NCBI GenBank assembly: GCA_963696385.1
Contig: CAVOKF010000005.1
Coordinates: 64,001-128,000 of the forward strand
Source of the DNA: an uncultured delta proteobacterium
GTDB taxonomy: Bacteria > Myxococcota_A > Polyangia > Polyangiales > Polyangiaceae
DNA length: 64,000 nt
Reading direction: 5' to 3'
The position numbers and the translations under genes are program-made. The notes under the pieces were generated by a model. It was given only the letters and a program-made list of their open reading frames with translations, searched no databases and had not been told where the DNA came from. Below, one piece after another: positions 21,663 through 31,938 of the stretch (position 1 is the stretch's first letter; every line of letters begins with the position of its first letter).

Positions 21663-22946
21663 ATGAGTTTCTCGATCGAGTTCGCGGACGAATCGCAGCA
21701 ATACGAGGCTCGCATCAAAGTCGTCGGTGTGGGCGGCTCAGGCGGCAATGCGGTGAACACGATGATCAGCTTCGGCCTCGAAGGGGTGGAGTTCATCGTA
21801 GTGAACACCGACGCGCAGGCGCTCAATTCCAGTGCCGCCGCGACGAAGCTCCCTATCGGCGCGAACATTACGCGCGGTCTCGGCGCCGGCGCCGACCCTG
21901 AGAAGGGAAGAAAGGCAGCCCTCGAGGACGTTCAGCGCATCAAGGAACTCATCGGTGGGGCCGACATGGTCTTCGTGACCGCGGGAATGGGAGGGGGCAC
22001 CGGAACCGGTGCCGCTCCGGTAATTGCGCAGATTGCTCGCGAGGAAGGCGCGCTTACCGTTGGTGTGGTCACCAAGCCCTTCCTCTTCGAAGGTAGGCAG
22101 CGTGCACGCCGAGCCGAGCTCGGTCTAGCGATGCTATCCGAGCACGTCGACACCCTCATCACGATCCCAAATCAGAAGCTCGTGTTGTTGGGTGACGACG
22201 ACCTTACGTTCATCGATGCCTGCCGCAAAGCCGACGAAGTGCTCTTTCAGGCCGTCAAGGGTATCAGCGACCTCATCACGCAAAACGGGATCGTGAACGT
22301 CGACTTTGCCGACGTCAAAACGGTCATGAGTCACATGGGCCGGGCGCTCATGGGGACGGGCGTTGCAAAGGGTCAGAATCGCGCACGCTTGGCGGCCGAG
22401 ATGGCCGTGACGTCCCCATTGCTCGACGACATCAGTGTCGAAGGGGCGACCGGCGTTCTCATCAACGTCGTCGGTGGGCCCGATCTGAAAATGAAGGAAA
22501 TCCAAGAAGCTGCGAGCCTCGTGCAGGAGCAAGCTCATGAGGACGCAAACATTATTTTCGGCGCCAGCATCGACGAGACGCTGGGGGAAAACGTGAAAGT
22601 CACGGTGATTGCCACCGGGTTCGACGGCGTTGAGCGAGAGATCGCGCTCGAGGCTCCGGTAGCCAGGCCATCGCTCGCACCTCAAGCGCTCTCGTCCGGC
22701 CATGCACACGCACGCTCGGCGCCAGCTCCTACCGTGGCGCGTTCGCACAATGACGCTTTGCCGAGCATGCGGCGGTCGCCCCTCCCCCAGCCGGCGTTCG
22801 CCCGCGCGGACGTCCGCCCGGACGCGCGTCCACAGGCCGTTGCGATGCAGGCGCGTCCGGCGCCCCGGGCAGCGCAAGTCCAGGATGCTTTTCCGGCCCT
22901 CGACCACGATTGGGACGTGCCAGCATTCCAACGCAAGGGGCGCTGA
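21663..22946 (+). CDS. ftsZ: Cell division protein FtsZ
   Basis: GVGGSGGNAVN, GMGGGTGTG, NVDFADV, C-terminal DVPAFQRK. Confidence 0.99.
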   Translation: MSFSIEFADESQQYEARIKVVGVGGSGGNAVNTMISFGLEGVEFIVVNTDAQALNSSAAATKLPIGANITRGLGAGADPEKGRKAALEDVQRIKELIGGADMVFVTAGMGGGTGTGAAPVIAQIAREEGALTVGVVTKPFLFEGRQRARRAELGLAMLSEHVDTLITIPNQKLVLLGDDDLTFIDACRKADEVLFQAVKGISDLITQNGIVNVDFADVKTVMSHMGRALMGTGVAKGQNRARLAAEMAVTSPLLDDISVEGATGVLINVVGGPDLKMKEIQEAASLVQEQAHEDANIIFGASIDETLGENVKVTVIATGFDGVEREIALEAPVARPSLAPQALSSGHAHARSAPAPTVARSHNDALPSMRRSPLPQPAFARADVRPDARPQAVAMQARPAPRAAQVQDAFPALDHDWDVPAFQRKGR

Positions 22947-22952
22947 CGGTGG

Positions 22953-23840
22953 TCACCTCGTCAAGCGCACGACCGCGGTTTCGAGAGCCTCCGCCTCGCG
23001 AATGACTGTACTCAGCCCCTCGGCGTCTGAGGCGTGAATCAAGACTTCCGCTGCTCCGATCCACGCGAGCGCATCGCGTCGATCGACGGCACCGACGAAG
23101 CGTGCGTCGATCGCCAGACTACGCGCGAGTTGCTCCAGCCGGGGCCGCTCGGGTCCGTCACCGACGACGATGAGCGCCTCGACTGAGGCGTCTCGAGCGA
23201 CATACGCGATCACTCGATCGACGCGCTTGCTCGCAACCAGGCGCCCTACGCAAACGGCGACGCGCAAGCCTGCGAGCTCGCGGCGTCGCGCCTGGACGGC
23301 GTCCGCGACGTCCGGCATTTCGATCGGTGGCGCCCGGACGACCGCAAGGTCCGCGACGCGGCTACCCGTCTCTCGATCGAGCGAGTCGAGCAACTGGGAT
23401 CGCAGATCCTCCGACGCGAACGTCCAACTGATCGCGCGGGCCGCTAGCGCTTGAACAATGCTGCGGCGCACCGCCGGGGGCGAGCTTGCCAGCAATCGTA
23501 CGTCGCCTCCGTGGGAGACGACGTCCAAACGAGCGCGCGACGCGGTCCCGATAGGCCAGCCGCACGGAACGCACCAGTGCGCTACGACCCGGTTGACGTG
23601 CAGTTTCGCAACGCGCCGGCGCGTCGACACAATCCAACGCCCAGCGCCGAAGGCCCGAAAGGGGTGCTCGCGAAGGCGCGCGGCAACGCCGGGCCAGCCG
23701 AACGCGCCACCGGGTCCCGGAGCGAGGATGACGACTTGATCGCCATTTCGCTCGAGCTCACGCGCGTGAGCAAGCACGAAGTGACCGGCTGGGTCAAACG
23801 TGTGAGCGGGCCAGCTTGTCGTCACGAGCGCGATGCGCAT
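22953..23840 (-). CDS. Glycosyltransferase family 4
   Basis: MRIALVTTSWP, HGGDV, VGRLVASKRV, VGDGPER, EGLSTVIREA (ExF/L..EA motif). Confidence 0.85.
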   Translation of the reverse strand: MRIALVTTSWPAHTFDPAGHFVLAHARELERNGDQVVILAPGPGGAFGWPGVAARLREHPFRAFGAGRWIVSTRRRVAKLHVNRVVAHWCVPCGWPIGTASRARLDVVSHGGDVRLLASSPPAVRRSIVQALAARAISWTFASEDLRSQLLDSLDRETGSRVADLAVVRAPPIEMPDVADAVQARRRELAGLRVAVCVGRLVASKRVDRVIAYVARDASVEALIVVGDGPERPRLEQLARSLAIDARFVGAVDRRDALAWIGAAEVLIHASDAEGLSTVIREAEALETAVVRLTR

Positions 23841-23902
23841 CGGCTCGGGCCCCGCGATGTCGGAACCGGCGCGACGGCGGCCCCGATGGTAGATCCAATG
23901 GA

Positions 23903-25870
23903 GTGGAAGCGCCGTTTCGTTCGTTCGTCTTCCGCGGACGGATCCTGTTCTTGACCGCGGACTCGGCACTCGTACGCTCCCAGATCGAGGGGGAGAATCT
24001 CGAATTCGAGCCCGATCTGCCGCTCTTGGACAACATTTCGACCGACGAGATTACACCGGGGTGGGTCTGTTATCATTACGATGAGACGCTGGGTCGCTAC
24101 TGCCTTGTGGGCTTGAGGGGGGGGACCATCGGTCGAAATGCCGTGCGTGACGGCGGCTTCGAGGTCGTCGTTAGCGGGGCATCGAAGGGGTGCGGGTCGT
24201 CGCGTGAGACCGCTCCATACAGCGAGCTCGCGGCCGGGGTAAAGCTCGTCATCGCCAAGAGCCTCGAGAAAATCTATCGCCAGAATGCGGAAAACATCGG
24301 TCTTCTGACGAGTAGCGACCTTGGGCTGATCCCACGAATCTTGCGCGGCGAAGCGATCGCCATGCACGAGTTCACGAAAGGCCTCGATCCGATCAGCGCC
24401 AGCGTTGTCGAGCATGGAGGCCTGTTCGCCTACAATCGCGCCCGCCTGTCGGGCGACGTTTCGCCACCACCCATCGTCACCGGACCGCGTCCGATGACGC
24501 TTTGCGAGAAAATCCTTGCCGACCATGCGGTCATCGATGCGCGCAGTGGCCGCTTGGGAGCGCCGGCCGTTAAGCCCGGCGACGCGTTCTTCGCGCGCAC
24601 AGACGTTCGTTTCACCCATGAATACGTCACGCCCATGGCCGCGGCTCTTTTTCGCAGCGGCTTCGGAGCGGACGCTCGAGTCGAGGCCCCGGGCAGCGTC
24701 TATGCCTTTCGCGATCATCTCACGTTTCTCGATCTCGTCATGCCCCGCGCTCACCGCGACATGGGACTCGACGCGCAAGCGCGCAGTCTGGCTGACGTCC
24801 AAGAGGACTTTGCTAGTCGGTCCGGAATTACGTTGCACGGAGAGGTTTACCGAGAGGGTCGGCTCGTCGGCTCGGAAGCGATTTGCCACAACAAGATCAT
24901 CGAAGACATTGCGCTTCCCGGGCAGTTGGTTGTGGGTACCGATAGCCACACGTGCATGGCGGGTGCGCTCGGCTGTCTGGCCTTCGGCGTCGGAGCGACG
25001 GACATGGCCAACGCCTGGGCCACACGCGACGTTCGCGTCACGGTACCCGAGACCGCACGGTGCATTTTGCGTGGGCGGCTGCGTCCCTCCGTTTGCGCCA
25101 AAGACGTCATGCTGTTCATCCTCAGTCAGCCATTTTTCAAATCGGGTGCGGCTATCGGAAAGGCGCTCGAGTTCGCAGGAGAGGGTGTCTCGGCACTTCC
25201 ACTCGATGAGCGCGCGACCCTTACGAACATGGCGGTCGAGGCTGGCTGCTTCACTGGAATCATCGAAGCCGACGCCCTGGTCGTGGAGTATCTTGGGGAA
25301 CAGCGAGGCTTGGCGGCCGGGGAGATCGCGAGCAGAATCGTACGCGCCGATCCGGACGCGCAGTACTGCGAGACGTTCGAGGTCGACCTTGCCTGCGTTC
25401 CGACCATGGTGGCGACCCCGGGCGACCCGCGAAACGGCGTGCCGCTCGACAGCCTGGAGCAAGACGTGGCGATCGACATTGCCTACGGCGGCTCGTGCAC
25501 GGGAGGCAAGAAGGTCGACATGGACATGTATGCGAGTGTTTTTTCCGCAGCACTCGCTAAAGGTAAGCGAGTCGCGCCTGGAGTTCAGCTCTTTCTCCAG
25601 TTCGGGTCCCAAGAGATCCGGCGGTACGCGGCGCAGCGCGGCTACTTGGACCTGTTCGCGCGCGTGGGGGCGACGCTCGTCGACCCCTCATGCGGAGCGT
25701 GTATCAAGGCCGGGCCGGGCGCCAGTGAGCGGTCAAGTCAAGTCACCGTGAGCGCCCAAAATCGAAATTTCCCCGGCCGCAGTGGGCCCGGTAAGGTCTA
25801 CTTGGCGAGTCCATTCGTGGTGGCGGCGAGCGCTATCGCGGGCCGCATCGCGTCGGTCAGCAAGATATGA
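23903..25870 (+). CDS. Aconitase-family dehydratase with LeuD-like swivel domain fused N-terminal to a LeuC-like [4Fe-4S] domain
   Basis: DNISTDEITP and GCGSSRE (small subunit), then MTLCEKILA, DH, ICH, GTDSHT, GSCTGG, CGAC, NRNFPGR (large subunit); start codon approximate. Confidence 0.88.
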   Translation: MEAPFRSFVFRGRILFLTADSALVRSQIEGENLEFEPDLPLLDNISTDEITPGWVCYHYDETLGRYCLVGLRGGTIGRNAVRDGGFEVVVSGASKGCGSSRETAPYSELAAGVKLVIAKSLEKIYRQNAENIGLLTSSDLGLIPRILRGEAIAMHEFTKGLDPISASVVEHGGLFAYNRARLSGDVSPPPIVTGPRPMTLCEKILADHAVIDARSGRLGAPAVKPGDAFFARTDVRFTHEYVTPMAAALFRSGFGADARVEAPGSVYAFRDHLTFLDLVMPRAHRDMGLDAQARSLADVQEDFASRSGITLHGEVYREGRLVGSEAICHNKIIEDIALPGQLVVGTDSHTCMAGALGCLAFGVGATDMANAWATRDVRVTVPETARCILRGRLRPSVCAKDVMLFILSQPFFKSGAAIGKALEFAGEGVSALPLDERATLTNMAVEAGCFTGIIEADALVVEYLGEQRGLAAGEIASRIVRADPDAQYCETFEVDLACVPTMVATPGDPRNGVPLDSLEQDVAIDIAYGGSCTGGKKVDMDMYASVFSAALAKGKRVAPGVQLFLQFGSQEIRRYAAQRGYLDLFARVGATLVDPSCGACIKAGPGASERSSQVTVSAQNRNFPGRSGPGKVYLASPFVVAASAIAGRIASVSKI

Positions 25871-25871
25871 A

Positions 25872-26894
25872 TTAGATCTTGCGGAACTCTTCAATGAAGT
25901 CCCAGTCGGCGATGAGACCTTTCCGCAGCATGACCGAAAGGAGCGCGGAGAACATGGCCTCCCAGCGCGGCTCGGCCCCGAGGATTTCGCTCGCGTCCGC
26001 ACCGTGCGCTACTGCGCGCAGTGCACTCACCAGATCCCGCGCGGTGAGCTGATCGCTCAGCTCCTCGTGTGTGCGCGGCGCGTGTTCGGCTGAATCCGGG
26101 GTTTTGACCGGGGCGGGGATCGAGACCCGAGTCCCGTCTAACAGCGTCAGCGAAATCATTTTCGGTCGCGTGCGCCTGGGCGCCGTGATCTCGCGTTCGG
26201 TCGCCTCGATGTCCGGTGCGGAGTCGGCGCTATCCTTCTGTGCGTCATGCGGCACGCTCCGCGCGGGCTGAGGGGCGACGGCTTCGAGGGTGACTGGCTC
26301 CCGTCGATTGCGATGCGCTTCGATTGGTGGCGCGGCGGGCTTGGGTAGCGGAGGCTCGGCTGCGACGATTCGGGGTGAGTGCGCCGAGGCGGTCTGCGCG
26401 GGCGGCGCCGAGGCCCTTTCGCCCAGGTAGTAGACTCGAATGGCTGCACGGATGTCGCTCGGGCAAGCGATCATCGGTTTCACGGGAAGCGCTGCGGTCC
26501 GCGCCACGTCGTCGATCGCGGCTTCGTTCGTTGGGTCGTCCATGGCCACGTAAAGCGTTTCACCCTGGCCACGCACCCGACGAACGAAGATCGGCACAAG
26601 CGAGTACCGCTCCGCGATCTCGCGGGTCACGAGGTTCAGGAGGGAGCGTGAAAAATCAACATGGTACAGCGATACCCACGGCACACTTAGCTGACGCGAC
26701 AGGGTCTGCGTCAGCTGGATTTCATTGACGAGCCCGAGTTCGATGAGAAGATGCCCAAGCTTGCGGCCGTCCTTTCGCTGCGCGAAGAGCGCCTGCTCGA
26801 GTTGAGACTGCGAAATGACAGCCGCCTCGACCAGTAGCTCGCCGATGCGCTTCGCCAAAGTGGCTCCTATGGTACGCGACGGCTGCGCCGTCAC
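25872..26894 (-). CDS. MshEN / T2SSE_N domain protein without ATPase domain
   Basis: RIGELLVEAAVISQSQLEQALFAQ-RKDGR-KLGHLLIELGLVNEIQLTQTLSRQ, LYVAMDDP; no Walker A. Confidence 0.82.
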   Translation of the reverse strand: MTAQPSRTIGATLAKRIGELLVEAAVISQSQLEQALFAQRKDGRKLGHLLIELGLVNEIQLTQTLSRQLSVPWVSLYHVDFSRSLLNLVTREIAERYSLVPIFVRRVRGQGETLYVAMDDPTNEAAIDDVARTAALPVKPMIACPSDIRAAIRVYYLGERASAPPAQTASAHSPRIVAAEPPLPKPAAPPIEAHRNRREPVTLEAVAPQPARSVPHDAQKDSADSAPDIEATEREITAPRRTRPKMISLTLLDGTRVSIPAPVKTPDSAEHAPRTHEELSDQLTARDLVSALRAVAHGADASEILGAEPRWEAMFSALLSVMLRKGLIADWDFIEEFRKI

Positions 26895-27191
26895 GGTGAA
26901 ATCTCGCCTCTCGGCGTACCCGCGAGCACACATTTCCGGATGGTTTCGCGCGAAACCCGTATCCGGAGCCGCGGCTTTCGCTTGTCGCGTCGACCTGAGT
27001 CGCGCGGGACGTCGACGCCGGACGTTACGCGACTCGTGTATCACCCCAAGACTCTTGACACAAAGATCTCGATTGGTGCCGTCCAACCCATAGCACGCGC
27101 TGGCGGCAAAGCGTAGCATGGGCTCTAGTTTGGGTGGGGCCCGTTCCTTCGTGTGGCGCGCGTGGTAATGTCGGCATCCCGCGGTCGTGCC

Positions 27192-29903
27192 ATGCGGTTG
27201 TGCCCTCAGTGCGCCAGCTCCTGCGACGAAACGCACCGGTTTTGTCCGTCGTGCGGCTTCCCTCTCGCCAAGGTCGAAACCAGCCCGGACGACCCGCTCG
27301 TCGGACGGACGCTGCCGGGCGGATATGTCATTCTCGAACTAGTCGGCATCGGCGGGATGGGCCGTGTGTACCGGGCCGAGCAAACGAACCTCGGACGCAC
27401 GGTCGCCGTGAAGATCATCCATCCGCACTTGGTGGGAGAGGAGAACGCCGCCGCGCGCTTCATCACCGAGGCGCGCGCCGCCAGCCGGCTCAATCACCCC
27501 AACTCCGTCGGCATCATCGATTTCGGCAAGACAGCAGACGGGCAACTTTATCTGGTGATGGAGTTCCTGCGGGGCCGCGACCTCGCACGAGTGCTCTACG
27601 ACCAGGCTCCTTTGCCGTTCCGGCGTATCGTGGACGTCTTGCGCCAGGCTCTCGCCGCTCTCGCCGAGGCGCACAACGAGAACATCATCCACCGCGACCT
27701 GAAGCCGGAGAATATCATTCTCGAGCCGGCTCGATCGGGGGGCGATTTCGTGAAGGTCGTCGACTTTGGCCTGGCCAAGATGCGCGCGGAGACACAGGCC
27801 CCCGGGATCACCAGCCCGGGCATCGTTTGCGGTACTCCCGAGTACATGAGCCCGGAGCAAGCCCGCGGGGATCCGCTCGACGCGCGCAGCGACCTCTATT
27901 CGGTCGGCATTATTCTTTATCAGCTACTCACAGGTCGGCTGCCATTCGAAGCCGACTCTCCGACGCAGGTCGTGCTCGCGCACCTGACCCAGATTCCCAA
28001 GGACCCGCGCGACGTCGCGCCGGATCGCCGTATTCCCAAACCGCTCGTAGACGTGGCCCTTCGGTGCCTCGAGAAGGAACCGGTCGACCGCTATCAAGAT
28101 GCCGACGAGCTCTCCGCAGAGCTTGCACGGGTGCTCCATGTGATCGAAGAGCGTCCGGCCGCCGCGGGCGCCGAAGGCACGTCCCGTTGTCCGGTTTGCG
28201 ATGCGCTGAATCCGGCCTCGCAGAAGTTCTGCGGTGAATGCGGCGCCGCGAGCACGGTGGCCGGTCCATCCCGTGTCTCCTCACTTGCGCCGCCGTCGGC
28301 ACAGCCGTTGGTGTCCGCGTCGAGGTCCAGCGACCGATCCGCCCCGCTTCACGACAAGCTTTCGCCGCGACCCGGCGCACTTTCGTTCATCGGGCGAGTG
28401 GACGACATCGCTTGGCTCGACGCCCGCCGCGTCGAGGCCCGCTCGCTGTCTGGGGCGCGTGTCGTCGGCGAGGTCGGCACGGGCAAGACGCGTCTCGTTC
28501 AAGAGTTCCTCGATCAAGCGTCCCTCGACGGCGACATCGTTGTTCAAACGGGTCCGGACCCCGCCTGGGCGGAGGTCGGGTGTTGGGCGTTGCGCCGCGC
28601 AATCGTGCAGCTGGCTGCGCTTCCGCCGTCCGGCGGAGCATCGCGCGAGTGGGTCGCGGCGACCCCGGAAGCTCGTCGCGGGCTTTCGGACGTGTTCGAG
28701 CACGACACGCCTGAGCGGGGCGCCGGCCTTTCGCCGGACGAGCGCCGCTTTGCAGCCGCCGAAGCGCTTCGGTGGGCCATCGTGCGCGCGAGCGAGCGTG
28801 CACGCGGGCGCAAGGTCGTACTCGCAGTCGATGACCTGCATTCGGTTGACGGCGCCAGTCGGAATGCGCTTACCGACGCGTTGAGCGATCCTCCTCTGGT
28901 TCCCGCGCTCTTGGTTGCCGCGTATCCGCCCGGCTTCGAGCCCGGGTGGCCTGCGGATGTTGCGCCCGTCCGCGTGATCGGCGGCCTGGCGCGGAGCGAT
29001 GTCCTGAAAGCTCTTGCTCAGTCCGGGGGGCCGAGCATCCCCGCTTTGGGCGGGGCACGCACCATTGTCCCGCTCTACGTCGAACAATTGCTCAGCTTCC
29101 TGCGCGAGGAGTCCGGAGCGGTGCCGCCCGCACTGGCGGATCTCATTGCCGTTCGGGTCGAGCGTCTGCCGGCAGACGCTCGACGCGTCCTCCAGGCGGC
29201 CGCCGTCTGGGGCGACGACGCCGACGATGAAGTGCTGATGAAGATGTTGGCCGACGAAGTTGACCTCGTCGAAACGCTCGGTTTTCTCCGACGCGCCGGG
29301 ATGGTGAGGATTGGTGAAGACGGGATCCGTACTTCACACCCGCTCTTGCGCGAGGTGATTCTCGCTACGATTCCTGCCGCCGTGAAGCGCGAGCTCCACG
29401 CAGCAGCGGCGGATGTCTGCGATCAACGTGAGCTCTCGATCGAGGTGCGTGCTCTTCATCAGTACGGTGGCGGAAGCGCATTTCAGGCGCTGTTGTTGCT
29501 CGAGCGGGTCAGCGTTCTCGCAAGCGCGCGTGGGGACAATCAGGGGGCCATCATGGCGCTCCGGCGGGCGCTTGAGCTCGCGCGACGCGAATTGTTCCGA
29601 GGCGAACTCGACGATCCCGAGCGCGCAGTACTGATCTTCAGCCGGAAGCTCGGCGACGCCCTCGCAAAGAGCGGACAGCTCAACGACGCTGAAGGCGTTC
29701 TGCGAGAAGCGCTCGACGTCGCGGGGCCTAGCGGCAGTGATCGGGCGGCGGTGCTTGCCTCCCTCGCTCACGTCGCACATGGTCGGGATCGTCGCCAAGA
29801 GGCGCGAGATTATCTGCGTGAAGCTCTCGAGCTGGCGTCCCGATCCTCTTCACATGAAGTCCTAACCTTGCTCGAGACGCTGCGCCGTTCGATGGCATCT
29901 TGA
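27192..29903 (+). CDS. Ser/Thr kinase with zinc ribbons, P-loop ATPase and TPR-like tail
   Basis: CPQC..CPSC, GIGGMG, VAVK, HRDLKPEN, DFG, GTPEYMSPEQ, CPVC..CGEC, GEVGTGKT, LAVDDLH. Confidence 0.92.
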   Translation: MRLCPQCASSCDETHRFCPSCGFPLAKVETSPDDPLVGRTLPGGYVILELVGIGGMGRVYRAEQTNLGRTVAVKIIHPHLVGEENAAARFITEARAASRLNHPNSVGIIDFGKTADGQLYLVMEFLRGRDLARVLYDQAPLPFRRIVDVLRQALAALAEAHNENIIHRDLKPENIILEPARSGGDFVKVVDFGLAKMRAETQAPGITSPGIVCGTPEYMSPEQARGDPLDARSDLYSVGIILYQLLTGRLPFEADSPTQVVLAHLTQIPKDPRDVAPDRRIPKPLVDVALRCLEKEPVDRYQDADELSAELARVLHVIEERPAAAGAEGTSRCPVCDALNPASQKFCGECGAASTVAGPSRVSSLAPPSAQPLVSASRSSDRSAPLHDKLSPRPGALSFIGRVDDIAWLDARRVEARSLSGARVVGEVGTGKTRLVQEFLDQASLDGDIVVQTGPDPAWAEVGCWALRRAIVQLAALPPSGGASREWVAATPEARRGLSDVFEHDTPERGAGLSPDERRFAAAEALRWAIVRASERARGRKVVLAVDDLHSVDGASRNALTDALSDPPLVPALLVAAYPPGFEPGWPADVAPVRVIGGLARSDVLKALAQSGGPSIPALGGARTIVPLYVEQLLSFLREESGAVPPALADLIAVRVERLPADARRVLQAAAVWGDDADDEVLMKMLADEVDLVETLGFLRRAGMVRIGEDGIRTSHPLLREVILATIPAAVKRELHAAAADVCDQRELSIEVRALHQYGGGSAFQALLLLERVSVLASARGDNQGAIMALRRALELARRELFRGELDDPERAVLIFSRKLGDALAKSGQLNDAEGVLREALDVAGPSGSDRAAVLASLAHVAHGRDRRQEARDYLREALELASRSSSHEVLTLLETLRRSMAS

Positions 29904-29940
29904 GAGCCCGGGGCTACTTTCCCCGGGGGACAACGTCTGC

Positions 29941-30951
29941 TTGGCCACCCACATAGCCCGCTGGGATCTCGACAAGACCTATCTCCGCACCGAGTTCGAC
30001 TCGCTGCGGGATATGGTCCGGACGGCGCTGGAGCGACCCGATCAAAAGCGGACGAACCCCGGCGCGTCGACACTGCTTCGCGAGATGGTTCGAGCGGGCA
30101 TTCGGGTGCATATTTTGTCTGGCTCGCCGGAGCAGATGCGACGGCGCTTGGAGGACAAGCTTCGCCTCGACGGAGTGACGTGGGACACGTTCACACTCAA
30201 GCCGAACCTGCAAAACCTCCTTCGCTTGCGCTTTCGCGCGGTGCGCGACCAACTCGGTTACAAACTGCCCGCGCTGTTGCAGGCGCGCGCGCATGTGACC
30301 GAAGCTGGCGAATCCGCAACGGCCTGGCACGAAACGCTCTTCGGCGACGACGCCGAGGCCGATGCGTACGTCTACTCGCTCTATGCAGACTTCGTGGCCG
30401 GGCGGGTCCCCGAAGACGTCTTGCTTCGGGTGATGCAGCGAGGACGCGTATATGACGACGTGGTCGCGGCGGCCATGGACGCAGCGCGGATCATCGCCCA
30501 CGCGGACGTGATCGAGCGCATCCTGATTCATCTCGAGAGGCAGACGCCGCCGGATGATTTCCGAGCTTACGGTTCGCGGGTCGTCCCCTTCTACAACTAT
30601 CTGCAGGCCGCCTTCGTCCTTCATGAGGATGCGCGTCTCGGCGCAGACGCAGTGCTACGCGTCGCCGTGGAGCTGGTCACGGAGCATCGATTCGACGGCG
30701 ACGCACTTGCGCGAAGTTATCTCGATCTGGTGCGGCGTGGGCATTTGCGTGGCGTGGGCATCGACCGGCTTGACTCGGCGCTAGGCCTGTGGCTCGAAGA
30801 GGAACGCCTTCCGGCCGGCGCCGAGCTTAAGACGATGCTGGCGCGCATACCTCTCATCGCCGCCCACGCGCGTGCCGGGTGGCGCGAGGCGGATGACCCG
30901 CTGCCCGATTACGTGTCCCTCGTCGGGGCGCACAACGCGCGCGGGCGGTGA
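29941..30951 (+). CDS. HAD-like (App1/LNS2-type) phosphatase-family protein
   Basis: WDLDKT (DxDxT), ILSGSP, K, FGDDAEAD. Confidence 0.65.
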   Translation: MATHIARWDLDKTYLRTEFDSLRDMVRTALERPDQKRTNPGASTLLREMVRAGIRVHILSGSPEQMRRRLEDKLRLDGVTWDTFTLKPNLQNLLRLRFRAVRDQLGYKLPALLQARAHVTEAGESATAWHETLFGDDAEADAYVYSLYADFVAGRVPEDVLLRVMQRGRVYDDVVAAAMDAARIIAHADVIERILIHLERQTPPDDFRAYGSRVVPFYNYLQAAFVLHEDARLGADAVLRVAVELVTEHRFDGDALARSYLDLVRRGHLRGVGIDRLDSALGLWLEEERLPAGAELKTMLARIPLIAAHARAGWREADDPLPDYVSLVGAHNARGR

Positions 30952-30964
30952 GCTCCGATGTATC

Positions 30965-31780
30965 TCACACCCAAGCGTTGTTGAGGACTTCTCCGACGCC
31001 GCCAGCGCCCGGTACGATGTAATGATGGTCGTCGAGACCTCGCTCCTCGTCCCACCGCATTCCAGGAGTCGTGCCGAGCACGTCGGGAGGGCTCAATCCG
31101 CGGTCAAGGCGGAGTACGTACACTTCCGTTCGAGGGTGGGCGCGCAAGACGTTGCGCAAGTACTCGGGGGTCGCGATGAGGTGGATGGCAATGCATCGCT
31201 CGGGACGCCCGTCGAGGCGGGTGTTGTAATGGTCCAGAGCGCCGATCATCGACGAGCCCGTCGCCGCCATCGGGTCCGGGAAGAGGATGATGCGTTCGTC
31301 GACGTCGCGTCCGATTTTTGCGTCATGCCATGTCGCGCCCGTCACGTGGCCCGCGGGGTCCGTCGTCCTCGACATGAAGAGATGATCTTGGCGAACGCAT
31401 TGCGGATCCAAGAGCTCGTTGAGTAGATCGAACACCACCTGGGACGGGATGGTCCCGGCGCGCGCGATCCCGACTGTCACGACGCGTGTCTGGGAGGCGA
31501 TCCCGGTGCCACGAACCACGGCTTCGGGCGATGAAGTCACCATGCGTGTAGGGACGTCCATGCGCGCGCGCGGAAGCTCCGCTGAAAGGACGTTGTGAGC
31601 CATGCGTCCATAGAGCATGCGCAAGAGTCTGCCGACCTCGGGTTGTTGCGTGTCGCGGGCGCAAAATCGTGCGAGCAACGTAAAACTGGCCGGATCGTCC
31701 ATGAGGTGAACGTGCGATCCATATCGATGCTCGATTTCCGGAGGTCGGTACCGGCTTCGACTGTATGCGGTCTCGATCAT
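30965..31780 (-). CDS. upp: Uracil phosphoribosyltransferase family
   Basis: IARAG, DPMAATGSS PRPP loop, GLDDHHYIVPGAG. Confidence 0.85.
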   Translation of the reverse strand: MIETAYSRSRYRPPEIEHRYGSHVHLMDDPASFTLLARFCARDTQQPEVGRLLRMLYGRMAHNVLSAELPRARMDVPTRMVTSSPEAVVRGTGIASQTRVVTVGIARAGTIPSQVVFDLLNELLDPQCVRQDHLFMSRTTDPAGHVTGATWHDAKIGRDVDERIILFPDPMAATGSSMIGALDHYNTRLDGRPERCIAIHLIATPEYLRNVLRAHPRTEVYVLRLDRGLSPPDVLGTTPGMRWDEERGLDDHHYIVPGAGGVGEVLNNAWV

Positions 31781-31938
31781 TGCCGAGGTACCTTTGGCGC
31801 GGCGGGTCCAGCGCTCTAGATGACCTTTCCATTCATGATCCGCGCGGGTCGCGGCATTTTTCGGTCCTCACCGCGCCGACGATCCGCCGCGGGCCGGATG
31901 CTGCGTCGGCGATCCGTCAAGTCAACCGAGCCCGCTCG

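Noticed and set aside
27055..27083. TTGACA as a promoter for the kinase gene
   Set aside because: No -10 element at a 16-18 bp spacing.
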